Source of the DNA: an uncultured cyanobacterium
GTDB taxonomy: Bacteria; Cyanobacteriota; Cyanobacteriia; Cyanobacteriales; CAWUOF01
DNA: 64,000 bases
NCBI GenBank assembly: GCA_963744145.1
Contig: CAVUSO010000001.1
Location: 32,001 to 96,000, forward strand
Direction of reading: 5' to 3'
Shown: positions 10,757 through 19,863 of the stretch, piece after piece
Position numbering within the stretch: position 1 is the stretch's first letter
Layout of the letters: every line of letters begins with the position of its first letter
The notes under the pieces: generated by a model
The model's database searches: none
What the model saw: the letters and a program-made list of their open reading frames with translations, nothing else
What the model was told of the DNA's origin: nothing
Made by a program: the position numbers and the translations under genes

Positions 10757-11563
10757 ATGGGTAAAAATAAAAAACTTTCACCTTTCTCGATCTTGTCGAT
10801 TGCCTTATCCTTAGAACTAGCGATCGCCATAGGATTACCAATCCGGACTCTAGCACAGACAGGACCAGGACAAAATCAACCGTTAACTTTGAGTGCTGGG
10901 GTAACTTTTGACCCACCAGGAGATAGTAAACCTGATGATTCTGCGGGTGGAGCATCTCGTGATGGTGGTAGATGTGCAGATGATCCCAAAACTGCTGGAC
11001 CAGCACTTACTTCATTAATCCCCGTGACTAATCGAGGGTTAACCGTCGCGACCCATCCTACATTCTTTGTTTATGTTCCAGCAACTTCAGCAACAGAAGG
11101 ATTTCTCAGCATTGAGGATGAAAATAACCCGCAACAACAGTATCAGACTAATATCCCCCTGACTGGTCAAGCTGGTGTAATCGGTGTACCCTTACCAGAT
11201 AATGCCCCAGTCTTAGAAGTAGGTAAAACTTATAAATGGTCTTTTGTGATCAAATGTGGAGGTGTCCTCAGACCTGATAGTCCTCTGGTGGAAGGAAAAG
11301 TTCAGAGAGTGGAAGTATCTGATCTTCCTCGTGTGGAAGGACAAATTCAGAGAGTAGAAGCAGCAGACCTCAGTAATCAGTCCCCGCTAGAACGAGCATC
11401 AGTCTACGGTAAGAAGGGAATTTGGTACGATACTTTAGCTAATTTAGCGATCGCTCGTCGCGATCGACCTGATGATGCTAGCTTAAAAGACGCTTGGACC
11501 CAACTGCTCCAATCCAAATCCGTTGGACTTGATGCGATCGCCACTCAACCACTCTCTAAATAA
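10757..11563 (+). CDS. DUF928 domain protein (secreted)
   Basis: Signal peptide; GGASR..C, LT...HPTFFVYVP, LEVGKTYKW and GIWYDTL motifs typical of DUF928; located next to CHAT gene. Confidence 0.88.
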   Translation: MGKNKKLSPFSILSIALSLELAIAIGLPIRTLAQTGPGQNQPLTLSAGVTFDPPGDSKPDDSAGGASRDGGRCADDPKTAGPALTSLIPVTNRGLTVATHPTFFVYVPATSATEGFLSIEDENNPQQQYQTNIPLTGQAGVIGVPLPDNAPVLEVGKTYKWSFVIKCGGVLRPDSPLVEGKVQRVEVSDLPRVEGQIQRVEAADLSNQSPLERASVYGKKGIWYDTLANLAIARRDRPDDASLKDAWTQLLQSKSVGLDAIATQPLSK

Positions 11564-11672
11564 TTCTAGTCTTAATAATTGGAAGCATTTTGCTGGTTTA
11601 TGTAGTGCTAGTGAGCAAGATCCTCGCAGTACAATAGCCAGCAATATATTTTTTCTCCTGTGCGAAAATAAT

Positions 11673-12812
11673 TTAGCCTCCCATTCCGGGAATGATGTTT
11701 TTAGTCAGAAATTTAATCGCTTTATTAGCGACATCGCTATAACGCAATTCTCCACATAAAATTTGCCCCATCCGATCAGTAGCGACGGGTCGTTTAATTG
11801 CGACTTTATAAGCAATCCCAGGAATCCGATAAAACACAGCAGCTAAACGTTGAGCCCAAACCATGTCCACACTCCATTCTTGATTCATTACTTCGGTATA
11901 TCTCTCCAAAGCATTTAGATCTCCACTCAGAGCATGGTCAATTGCGTCTGTTGCTTTTAAAGCACTAAAGATCGAGGGACGAATTCCTTCCGCAGTCATC
12001 GGATCGACTACACAAGCAGCTTCTCCTGCTAAAACTGCATTTTGAGTATGCAATTTTTGATTACCATCCCAGAAACATAAGGGATGTCCATATTGCTTGG
12101 TGTGGTTGAGATCAATCCCAAACTGAGTCGCATAATTAGCTAATTGCTGTTTTAAATCTTGGGATTTACCTTCACTACCGCGAAAAACCCCTGCTCCAAT
12201 TGAATAACCATCAGCTTTAGGAAAGTTCCATACATAGCCATTTTTGACTAATCCAAACTCAAAATGAGCTTTATGACCATCTTCTACTGGGTTAGATGAT
12301 TCTGCTTCTAAAGCTCCTCCCAAAAAGCGCTTACGTTCTTTAAAACCTAGCAATTTAGCCATTGGACCTTTAGCCCCATCAGCAGCAATGATATAGCGAC
12401 CGGCAATCGGACCATTATTGGTATTGACTTGCCAATGATTGCTCTTATATTCTACTCCAATAACTTCGGTATTATCTTTTACTTCTGCCCCTAATTTTTG
12501 TCCCTGTTGAATCAGAAAGTAGTCAAAAATATCTCTTCTGACCATCCAGATTGGTTCTTTGGTTTTTAGTTCTACTTCTACTGGATCGCCCATTTTCCAG
12601 GTATAGCGTACTGTATTGACCTTTAAGGAAATTGCTGGTGAGAAATCAAAATCAAACCATTCAGCAATTACAGGTGATACACCACCACCACAGGGTTTAT
12701 ATCGAGGTAGAGATTCTTTTTCTAACACTAAAACCGCACGTCCCCGTTTTGCTAAGTGATAAGCTGCGGTTCCTCCGGCTGGACCAGCACCAACAATAAT
12801 ACAGTCAAACAT
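11673..12812 (-). CDS. Geranylgeranyl reductase family FAD-dependent oxidoreductase
   Basis: GAGPAG dinucleotide fold, PRYKPCGGG, ADGA, GEAA..VDP.TAEGI. Confidence 0.9.
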   Translation of the reverse strand: MFDCIIVGAGPAGGTAAYHLAKRGRAVLVLEKESLPRYKPCGGGVSPVIAEWFDFDFSPAISLKVNTVRYTWKMGDPVEVELKTKEPIWMVRRDIFDYFLIQQGQKLGAEVKDNTEVIGVEYKSNHWQVNTNNGPIAGRYIIAADGAKGPMAKLLGFKERKRFLGGALEAESSNPVEDGHKAHFEFGLVKNGYVWNFPKADGYSIGAGVFRGSEGKSQDLKQQLANYATQFGIDLNHTKQYGHPLCFWDGNQKLHTQNAVLAGEAACVVDPMTAEGIRPSIFSALKATDAIDHALSGDLNALERYTEVMNQEWSVDMVWAQRLAAVFYRIPGIAYKVAIKRPVATDRMGQILCGELRYSDVANKAIKFLTKNIIPGMGG

Positions 12813-12974
12813 AGTCGCTAAATCTTGCTCCTAAATTAGTTGATAAACTGGCATGATTTTAACTGTTTTATTATTCTTTTTCTATTTTTTACTCTGAATT
12901 TATCTAGGATTTAAAATCCTTTCTATTTCCCTGCTCTAATCAGAATTAAGAAACCATCACAATTCCATCTAGCT

Positions 12975-13034
12975 GTTTGTAGTGAAAACTTTAATTTCTA
13001 TGGACAAATTAAAACTAAAATCCTCACTACAAAC
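12975..13034. repeat. REP-like inverted repeat (GTAG-type); related copy at 53183-53226
   Basis: GTTTGTAGTGA ... TCACTACAAAC, 11-bp perfect arms; the 53183 copy is GTTCGTAGTAAGC ... GCTTACTACAAAC. Confidence 0.6.
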
Positions 13035-13130
13035 TGGTTTGCTTGCTGATCTGTCTAACTATTTTCCAAATTATCTCAAAGATAGAGTTACTGGGAAAAC
13101 AAGTTTAGTCTGATTTACTATTTTGGGATT

Positions 13131-13679
13131 TTAGACAGTCATAATGTCTTTTTCTTTTTCAGCTAATAATTCATCAATTTTAGCAGTGTATTTGTTGGTT
13201 AGTTTTTGCAGTTTATCTTGCTGATCCCGTGCTTCATCTTCGGAAATTTCGGCACTTTTTTCCTCTTTGCGGATTGTATCTAAACTGTCACGACGGATAT
13301 TCCGAATGGAAACTTTGCCTTCTTCAGCATATTTGGCCACAATTTTTCCTAACTCTTTGCGCCGATCGCTAGTTAAAGGGGGAATATTTAAACGGATAAT
13401 TGCACCATCGTTACTTGGTGTAAGCCCAACATCGGACAAGGAAATTGCCTTTTCAATTATATTCAAACTTTGGCGATCGTAAGGTTGAATGGTAATCGTG
13501 CTAGCATCTGGGGTACTAATATTTGCTAGAGCTTTGAGAGCAGTTGGAACACCATAGTAGTCTACCAATACCTTATCAAGTAGGGAAGCATTGGCCCGAC
13601 CTGTGCGAACGGTATTGAAAGCCCTTTGGGTAGCCTCAACGGCTTTTTGCATAGTAGATTCAATTTCAGCTAATTTCAC
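13131..13679 (-). CDS. frr: Ribosome recycling factor
   Basis: RTGRAN, VDYYG, IRNIRRD motifs; follows pyrH; GTG start at 13679 likelier than 13694. Confidence 0.97.
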   Translation of the reverse strand: MKLAEIESTMQKAVEATQRAFNTVRTGRANASLLDKVLVDYYGVPTALKALANISTPDASTITIQPYDRQSLNIIEKAISLSDVGLTPSNDGAIIRLNIPPLTSDRRKELGKIVAKYAEEGKVSIRNIRRDSLDTIRKEEKSAEISEDEARDQQDKLQKLTNKYTAKIDELLAEKEKDIMTV

Positions 13680-14394
13680 AGAAACCTCCCACAAGGGTTC
13701 CTACAGATTCTCCCAACACGGCACGACGGATATTTCCGGATACCGCTAGGTCAAATACAATGATAGGGATGTTGTTATCTTTACAAAGGGCGATCGCCGT
13801 GCTATCCATCACCTGTAATTCTTGGGTCAAAACATGACCATAGGTGAGGGTTTGATAACGACGAGCCTGGGGATTGAGGTGGGGATCGGAGTCATAAACC
13901 CCATCTACTTTAGTTGCTTTAAAAATGATATTGGCATCAATTTCTGCCGCTCTGAGGGCCGCAGTGGTATCAGTGGTAAAGAATGGATTACCAGAACCAG
14001 CTCCAAAAATCACGACTCGACCTTTTTCCAGATGGCGAATCGCCCGACGCCTGATATAGGGTTCGGCCACTTCTTGCATGGCGATCGCGGTTTGGACCCG
14101 AGTGGGGACTCCGATTTGTTCGAGCCGATCTTGCAAGGTGAGGGCATTCATTACGGTGGCAATCATGCCAATATAATCGGCGGTAGCCCGATCCATTCCA
14201 CCAGCGGCACCTTTAACACCACGAAAGATGTTACCACCACCTACTACTATGGCGATCTGGACTCCACTAGCAGCCACTTCCGCTACTTCTTGAGCGATTT
14301 CCTGAACTACTACTGGATCGATGCCGTAGGTCAGTTTGCCCATCAGGGCTTCACCACTCAGTTTTAGCAAAACCCGTTGGTAAACCATACCCAT
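13666..14394 (-). CDS. pyrH: UMP kinase
   Basis: [29 protein letters not shown]. Confidence 0.98.
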   Translation of the reverse strand: MGMVYQRVLLKLSGEALMGKLTYGIDPVVVQEIAQEVAEVAASGVQIAIVVGGGNIFRGVKGAAGGMDRATADYIGMIATVMNALTLQDRLEQIGVPTRVQTAIAMQEVAEPYIRRRAIRHLEKGRVVIFGAGSGNPFFTTDTTAALRAAEIDANIIFKATKVDGVYDSDPHLNPQARRYQTLTYGHVLTQELQVMDSTAIALCKDNNIPIIVFDLAVSGNIRRAVLGESVGTLVGGFCEIS

Positions 14395-14459
14395 CGCTTG
14401 ATTATGTTCTGAATAGAAATCGTTTCCAACTTAACATAGCACTTGTCATTGGTGATTAA

Positions 14460-14999
14460 TTATTGTCGCCATTTTAATGAACAGCCAATCGCTGGGGTAT
14501 TTTCATTGGCGATCGCATCTCCTCGGAGGGTTTGGGTGATTGCGTTGCCCAGATAAGGAACTTTGACCAATTCTGGATTTTGACAATTATCATCCACACC
14601 ACCGTTGTAGCGCAGTATGCCCATATGATCTAATAAAAATATTTCTGGGGTGGTGGAAGCGCCAAACGTTCGGGCTACATCTTGAGTAACATCACGTAGA
14701 TAGGGAAAGTTGAGCTGATGGGTTTGAGCAAATATTTTCATGTTCTCAAAGCTGTCATCGGGATAACGGGTAGCGTCATTAGGATTAATCCCAATTAAGG
14801 TAAAGCCTTGATCTTGAAAATCGGTCTGAATTTTTTTCAGCCGTTCTAAATACTTTTGCACGTAAGGACAGTGATTGCACATAAAAACCACGCCCACAGC
14901 CCGATTTTTTTCCAAGTAGCGAGCCAGATGGTGAACTTGATCGTCAACACCGGGCAATTCAAAATCTGGGGCATAACTGCCAAGGAGTATATCTGACAT
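14460..14999 (-). CDS. Thioredoxin-like AhpC/TSA redoxin family protein
   Basis: APDFEL, CNHCPYV, FPYL.D..Q, C-terminal IGCSLKW. Confidence 0.9.
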   Translation of the reverse strand: MSDILLGSYAPDFELPGVDDQVHHLARYLEKNRAVGVVFMCNHCPYVQKYLERLKKIQTDFQDQGFTLIGINPNDATRYPDDSFENMKIFAQTHQLNFPYLRDVTQDVARTFGASTTPEIFLLDHMGILRYNGGVDDNCQNPELVKVPYLGNAITQTLRGDAIANENTPAIGCSLKWRQ

Positions 15000-15066
15000 T
15001 GTGATGATGTTCCTGAATACCTGCTACTAATTATCTTGTAAGCAAAGGATATGTTTTGATCGATCT

Positions 15067-15978
15067 TTACCAACCTTGAGCTTCAGCTTGATAGCCAATT
15101 AATTTATAAGCAAGTTTAGCCGCAGTAAATTCGGAAACTACTGCATCTGTAACTGGTGCTAGTTCCATGATATCGCTACCAATTACTTGATATTCTGTGA
15201 ATAATTTTTTTAAGAACGTCATGAATGAATACCAGTTTAAGCCTCCTGGTTCTGGAGTTCCTACCCCAGGAATGAGCGTTGGATCAAGTCCATCTAGATC
15301 AATGGTCAGAAATACTTTTTTGGTCTTAATTGCGGCGATCGCTTGAGCAATCCAATCTGTGTGCATCGCGATATCTCTGGCTCGAAATACGGTGAGGTTT
15401 TGTGCTTTAATGAGGTCAGCTTCTTCTTTACAGATGCTGCGAATCCCAATTTGGATGGTCGGTAAACCTAAATCTAAAATGCGACGCATGACACAAGCAT
15501 GGTTATGGATTGAACCTTGATACTCCTGACGCAAATCTCCGTGAGCATCAATTTGAATCACGGTAAAAAGTTCGTCTGGAAATGCTTTTTTATATGCTGC
15601 TACTACTCCTTCGGTAATACTGTGTTCTCCTCCTAATGAGATCACAAATTTGCCATCTGCGACAAATTCATAGACTGTCTTAGTGGTAATTTCCAGCATT
15701 GCTTCAGCCGAAACTGGTGTTTGATTACGAGTATCAGCGATCGATGTATGTGTATAAATACCTATATCGTAACATACTTCCCGGTCTAATTCTTCATCAT
15801 AGTATTCCACTTGATGAGAAGCAGTTAAGATGGCATCTGGACCATTTTCGCAACCCCGTCGATAGGTGGTAGTAGCTTCGTAAGGAATCGGTAAAATGAC
15901 CACCTGAGCGCGATCGTAGGTCGAGGTGACCTCTTCTCCGAGGTATGGCAGCAGATTAGTTACGGTTGGTACAGACAT
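15067..15978 (-). CDS. speB: Agmatinase (ureohydrolase)
   Basis: GGEHS, DAHGD, DLDGLDP...PGVGTPEPGG. Confidence 0.92.
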   Translation of the reverse strand: MSVPTVTNLLPYLGEEVTSTYDRAQVVILPIPYEATTTYRRGCENGPDAILTASHQVEYYDEELDREVCYDIGIYTHTSIADTRNQTPVSAEAMLEITTKTVYEFVADGKFVISLGGEHSITEGVVAAYKKAFPDELFTVIQIDAHGDLRQEYQGSIHNHACVMRRILDLGLPTIQIGIRSICKEEADLIKAQNLTVFRARDIAMHTDWIAQAIAAIKTKKVFLTIDLDGLDPTLIPGVGTPEPGGLNWYSFMTFLKKLFTEYQVIGSDIMELAPVTDAVVSEFTAAKLAYKLIGYQAEAQGW

Positions 15979-16094
15979 AGTAAAAAATTAGATAAAGTCA
16001 CCTTATTTATAGTGACATATTTAGCGTTTCTAGCACTAACTAAAAAAACACAAAATTAGCGCCAGTCAGATTGCTCTATGAGAGCTTCTTAGAT

Positions 16095-16121
16095 TTTGGC
16101 GATCGCTAGCAAGACTAATCA
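16095..16121 (+). repeat. 27-bp direct repeat, left copy (right copy 23422-23448)
   Basis: TTTGGCGATCGCTAGCAAGACTAATCA vs TTTGCCGATCGCTACCAAGACTAATCA, 25/27 identical. Confidence 0.7.
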
Positions 16122-16351
16122 TTTGCCAGAAGTCTGAGTTCATTAGGGTGACCAAGAGCGAATTAGATTCCATTGAATTTGAGTTAGCTAATATTGACCA
16201 AAAGCACCAGCGAGATTTGCAGAAATATCAGCAAACCGACGGTGATTTGAGCGAGATTTTTCCACCCAATCCAGGCGCTCACTGCCGTTTTTGCCCATTT
16301 AACTCCATCTGCGAGTTTTCTGTTGTTAGACCTCGTTTAACACCTATTTAG
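16122..16351 (+). pseudogene. C-terminal fragment of a PD-(D/E)XK nuclease-family protein
   Basis: FPPNPGAHCRFCPFNSIC is a typical C-terminal Cys cluster of this family; no N-terminal region, fragment begins right after the 27-bp repeat. Confidence 0.6.
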
Positions 16352-16369
16352 CGACCTGTTCCATGACCT

Positions 16370-17182
16370 TCAAGGTGCGTTCGCCACGGCGCAACTGTGG
16401 TCGAGCAGCTCTTCCCCACTCCCCCTGTCGCCATGCTCCCAGTTGGCCATATCAGCCAGAAGAATAAACCCCTCGCTGCCGTTCTCGAATTTCATTCCTG
16501 TGATGACGAGCGTCTGGGTTCGCATATTATTTTGCGCCTCATGCTCCTGTGCTAGAAGGAGAAACGGATTGACGTTTCTCAGATCCTTCGAGTAGATCCG
16601 CCGTCCTCGGTAGGTATGCCCGTTCAGCTTGATTGGCAGCGCCGCCCAATCTGTGCCGATGGCACTTAAGTGTTCGAGCAGCGCCAAGCGCGTCTCGGGC
16701 GAGATGCAGTCGATATGGATATGCAGTTGGTTCTGGCTGCGCCCGTAAGCTGAATTGACTGCTAGAGCGGTCTCATCGCGCCGCAGCTTGCGCCGCAGAT
16801 GCTGTGACATCAGATCGCGTGCCTCCCAGGCATATCTCCAGTATTCGGGTGCGTTTTTCTCCAGCAGAACTGGGCTCTCGATCCCGGAAATGGCAGCGGT
16901 TGGAAGCAGCAAATATTGGGCCACGCCTACTTTGTCTTTGAGAAGCGCGTAGCCGTCCTTCAGATCAACGCTGACGCAAGGCGCGGGATTACCGCTATGT
17001 TCCTGACCGGAAACACAGCGGTCATGTACGATATGCCACAACACGTCGCTTTTAACTTCCATCCCCATAGAGCCCGCGCAGTCTACGAGTAACACCATAG
17101 ATAAGGCGATGCCAAAGGCGTTGCGCGGAGCGCAGATCGCTAGATTTCTGATCCAATGCTTAACCATTTTTGTTTTTTTCAA
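16370..17182 (-). CDS. cdh: CDP-diacylglycerol pyrophosphatase, horizontally acquired
   Basis: QYLLLPT..ISGIESP, AVNS.YGRSQNQLHIHIDC, GSGEEL.DH.C; visibly higher GC than flanks; start may be ATG 17167. Confidence 0.9.
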   Translation of the reverse strand: MKKTKMVKHWIRNLAICAPRNAFGIALSMVLLVDCAGSMGMEVKSDVLWHIVHDRCVSGQEHSGNPAPCVSVDLKDGYALLKDKVGVAQYLLLPTAAISGIESPVLLEKNAPEYWRYAWEARDLMSQHLRRKLRRDETALAVNSAYGRSQNQLHIHIDCISPETRLALLEHLSAIGTDWAALPIKLNGHTYRGRRIYSKDLRNVNPFLLLAQEHEAQNNMRTQTLVITGMKFENGSEGFILLADMANWEHGDRGSGEELLDHSCAVANAP

Positions 17183-17263
17183 AAGTACAATAAATCAGTA
17201 TGAATCTCTTGATAGGGGATGCTCCCGTTTCCAACGGGTTAAAAGCAAAAACTAAGATTGCTT

Positions 17264-17476
17264 TTATTCCATCAGATTATCTGTGGTCGGTTCACCAGGA
17301 TAAAAGCGATCGCTCAAAATTTCTTCTAACAAATATGGACAATTTTCTGGAAAGGTTTTTCGTGGCAGATTTGTTTCTCCTGAAGCTAAGGCCATTCCTC
17401 TACTGTAAGCTGTTTGGAGAGCTTCTTGTAGGTAAGGTTTGAGACTAGGATTTTCTTTGAGCAACTCTAATATATC
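17264..17476 (-). pseudogene. DUF29 family C-terminal fragment
   Basis: LL.ENPSLKPYL...AY..G..LA..ET.LP...FP..CPY..EEIL; 5' part cut off at the MITE end 17477. Confidence 0.8.
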
Positions 17477-17597
17477 GGTTCTCCCGTACTTATGGTGATT
17501 AGTAAAAATTATTGAATTTCCTTATGCTTACTACATCAGCTTTCCCCCTGCTCCCTATCCCCCTTTCCCTGCCGAAAAACGGGATTTTCCACTACAA

Positions 17598-19842
17598 CCC
17601 ACATTCCGCACCCTGAACTGTCACAATTCGTAATTACTGAAATAAACCTCTATCAAAGCTGAAATTTTGGCCCACTATCGTCAAAAAAGAGGTTTTTAAA
17701 CCTTGATGGTCAGGTCATCAATCTCTAGTTTATTAATAATTATTAGCAATAAGTAGAAAATGAGGATTTCGGCCCGTTTTTTCAATAAATTTTGGTGTTG
17801 ACTAGCTCTCTTAACTCAGTTTTGTTAGTTAATAACTGAACAATCTCTAGTTAAGATAGGTTAATTCTTAGCTCTTAATTAAATTCAAGAACTCATTCAA
17901 GCTAAATATATTTATGCTATATTAGCAAGAGGATTAAGTGATAAATTTATAGTAGCGCCGACAATCTTCTGGTAGCAGGGTCAGGATAAATTCACGTTCA
18001 TTACTCCAATTAGATACTTGTTGTTGTTGTTGAAATGTGACCAGGTGAATTGCTTGAAAGCATTGAAATATCCATTTAGCTGTTGGACGGTCTGTTGCTT
18101 TCCCTAACTGATTTTTTATGGTTGATTTTGCTGCTGATAAAGCGGCTCGTATTTGTCTTTGTGCTAGGGTATAAACCAGTAAACCTAGCCCCATAATTGC
18201 TGCTAATGATTCGATGCGTTCGGGACTTTTCAGATAAACACTATCTGCAAAAAATGTGGGATCTTTAAGAAAACCAAATCCTCTTTCACAGGATTGCTGT
18301 GCCTTATACTCAGTCAGCATTGCCTCATTACTAATTTCGCTTTCTGCTAAAACGTTCGTCGCAATTATGAATCTACCTGCACTGTTAGTTTCTTGTTCAA
18401 TTTGGCTTTTATCCTCGGTAAAACTGCCGAGAATTTGATAACACTTTTTTTGACTTTTATCTAATTTATCTGGTCTGATTTCCCTGACTTCTTTTGGTTC
18501 AATTTGATGATATTTAAAGGATTTCGATAGGTGAGTTAATGCCTTGACTGCATCAGCTTTACAGGCAAATCTATCTTGGGATAATTTTCCTAATTCGCTG
18601 TTCAGTTTGGTGGCGGATTTACTAATTTTCTGTGATAATTTCCGTAAATCTGATTCTCTTCTTTCTTGACTTTCCACAACTAGCCATCTTTGCTTTATCC
18701 CACCATAAGTCTGCTCTTTTGCCGCCCATGAATATCCAACTAATTTGCTTTTAGTAAATTCTGAATCTGGCAAATTTGCTACTAATTCTTGGGCTAATTT
18801 TATCTTTAACGGTACTCGGCTTAACCACTTAATTTCCGACATTAATTTGAGATTATCTTCTGTATATAAGGCACAATCAGCTACGATTAAACTATCTACT
18901 TTTATTTGATTTTTATAATCAATTGCTATCTTCGCAAAGCATGATGAGTCGGCTTGATTTCCTGACGCTGCTTTTAAAAATATTGGGATATCTCCATCCC
19001 CGGTACATACTAATTCTATTAAAAATTGTTTTAAATCAGGTCTATGGTCACGGGAATAACCGTAATTTATTTTGATTGGTTGTCGCGATTTTATTTGGGG
19101 CTCTCCTTGGTCTGACAATTCTGGCTGACTAAATATTATCTCTGGTAATTCTTGATGATATTCCCCATGTACGTGAATTGACGATGAGTCTAGATGGGAT
19201 GTATTTAAAGATATATCAAACTTTTTAACTGCATTTAAAGTAATTGCTAAAAATATTGTATCCAGTCCTTTACTATATAGTTTATCCATCACTCTTCCCA
19301 GTTTATCGTCATTTAAATATTCGGGCTTTACCCCGGCTCCTATTAAATGTTCACAGGGAATTGATTCAAAAAATTTCGGAAACATATATAATGGTTTAGA
19401 AATAAATCCTAACCCATTGATAATCATTGCTTTAACTGCTTGTCCAGCAGTAACTTTTTCTCCCGATTCTATCCCGATTAAATTATTAATTATTTCTACT
19501 ATTCCAATCGTATCTACTATTCCTGCTACTAACCCCAGATGGTCGATATTCTGAATTTTAATATCGTTTATGTCTACCATAGTTACCCAATTTAACGAGC
19601 CAATTTTTGGTTCAATTATCGCATTTTTAGGCTCGATTGCAATTAATTTTTTTACTCTTTCATTTTCCGGACTTCTGCTACGGTTAATCTCTCAATAACC
19701 CAGAGCATTCTTTCTGCTCATAAATCTAGTTTAATAAAATTTATTCTCATTAATCTCATTTATGATCTTTTTGAGCCAACTTTCTTCGTCCCCAATTTTT
19801 ACCCTTTTATTAAGATGTGCCAGTGAGGGTGCGGAATGTGGG
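17598..19842 (-). mobile_element. IS1634-family insertion sequence
   Basis: Perfect 17-bp TIR CCCACATTCCGCACCCT / AGGGTGCGGAATGTGGG; 6-bp target duplication CTACAA at 17592-17597 and 19843-19848. Confidence 0.93.
17934..19580 (-). CDS. IS1634-family DDE transposase
   Basis: DHLGLVAG, LNDDKLGR, HLDSSS, GYSRDHRPDLKQ, VAD.ALY, YK.Q...ERGF.FLK; ORF intact. Confidence 0.93.
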   Translation of the reverse strand: MVDINDIKIQNIDHLGLVAGIVDTIGIVEIINNLIGIESGEKVTAGQAVKAMIINGLGFISKPLYMFPKFFESIPCEHLIGAGVKPEYLNDDKLGRVMDKLYSKGLDTIFLAITLNAVKKFDISLNTSHLDSSSIHVHGEYHQELPEIIFSQPELSDQGEPQIKSRQPIKINYGYSRDHRPDLKQFLIELVCTGDGDIPIFLKAASGNQADSSCFAKIAIDYKNQIKVDSLIVADCALYTEDNLKLMSEIKWLSRVPLKIKLAQELVANLPDSEFTKSKLVGYSWAAKEQTYGGIKQRWLVVESQERRESDLRKLSQKISKSATKLNSELGKLSQDRFACKADAVKALTHLSKSFKYHQIEPKEVREIRPDKLDKSQKKCYQILGSFTEDKSQIEQETNSAGRFIIATNVLAESEISNEAMLTEYKAQQSCERGFGFLKDPTFFADSVYLKSPERIESLAAIMGLGLLVYTLAQRQIRAALSAAKSTIKNQLGKATDRPTAKWIFQCFQAIHLVTFQQQQQVSNWSNEREFILTLLPEDCRRYYKFIT

Positions 19843-19863
19843 CTACAAGTACGGGAGAGCCAC

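Larger units (their letters stand above)
17477..19861. mobile_element. ~134-bp MITE (17477-17597 + 19849-19861) interrupted by IS1634
   Basis: Terminal inverted repeats GGTTCTCCCGTACTT / AAGTACGGGAGAGCC (14/15); no flanking target duplication visible. Confidence 0.7.

Noticed and set aside
16148-16351. cas4 gene
   Set aside because: Only the C-terminal Cys cluster is present, which is shared by many PD-(D/E)XK nucleases; no CRISPR context.
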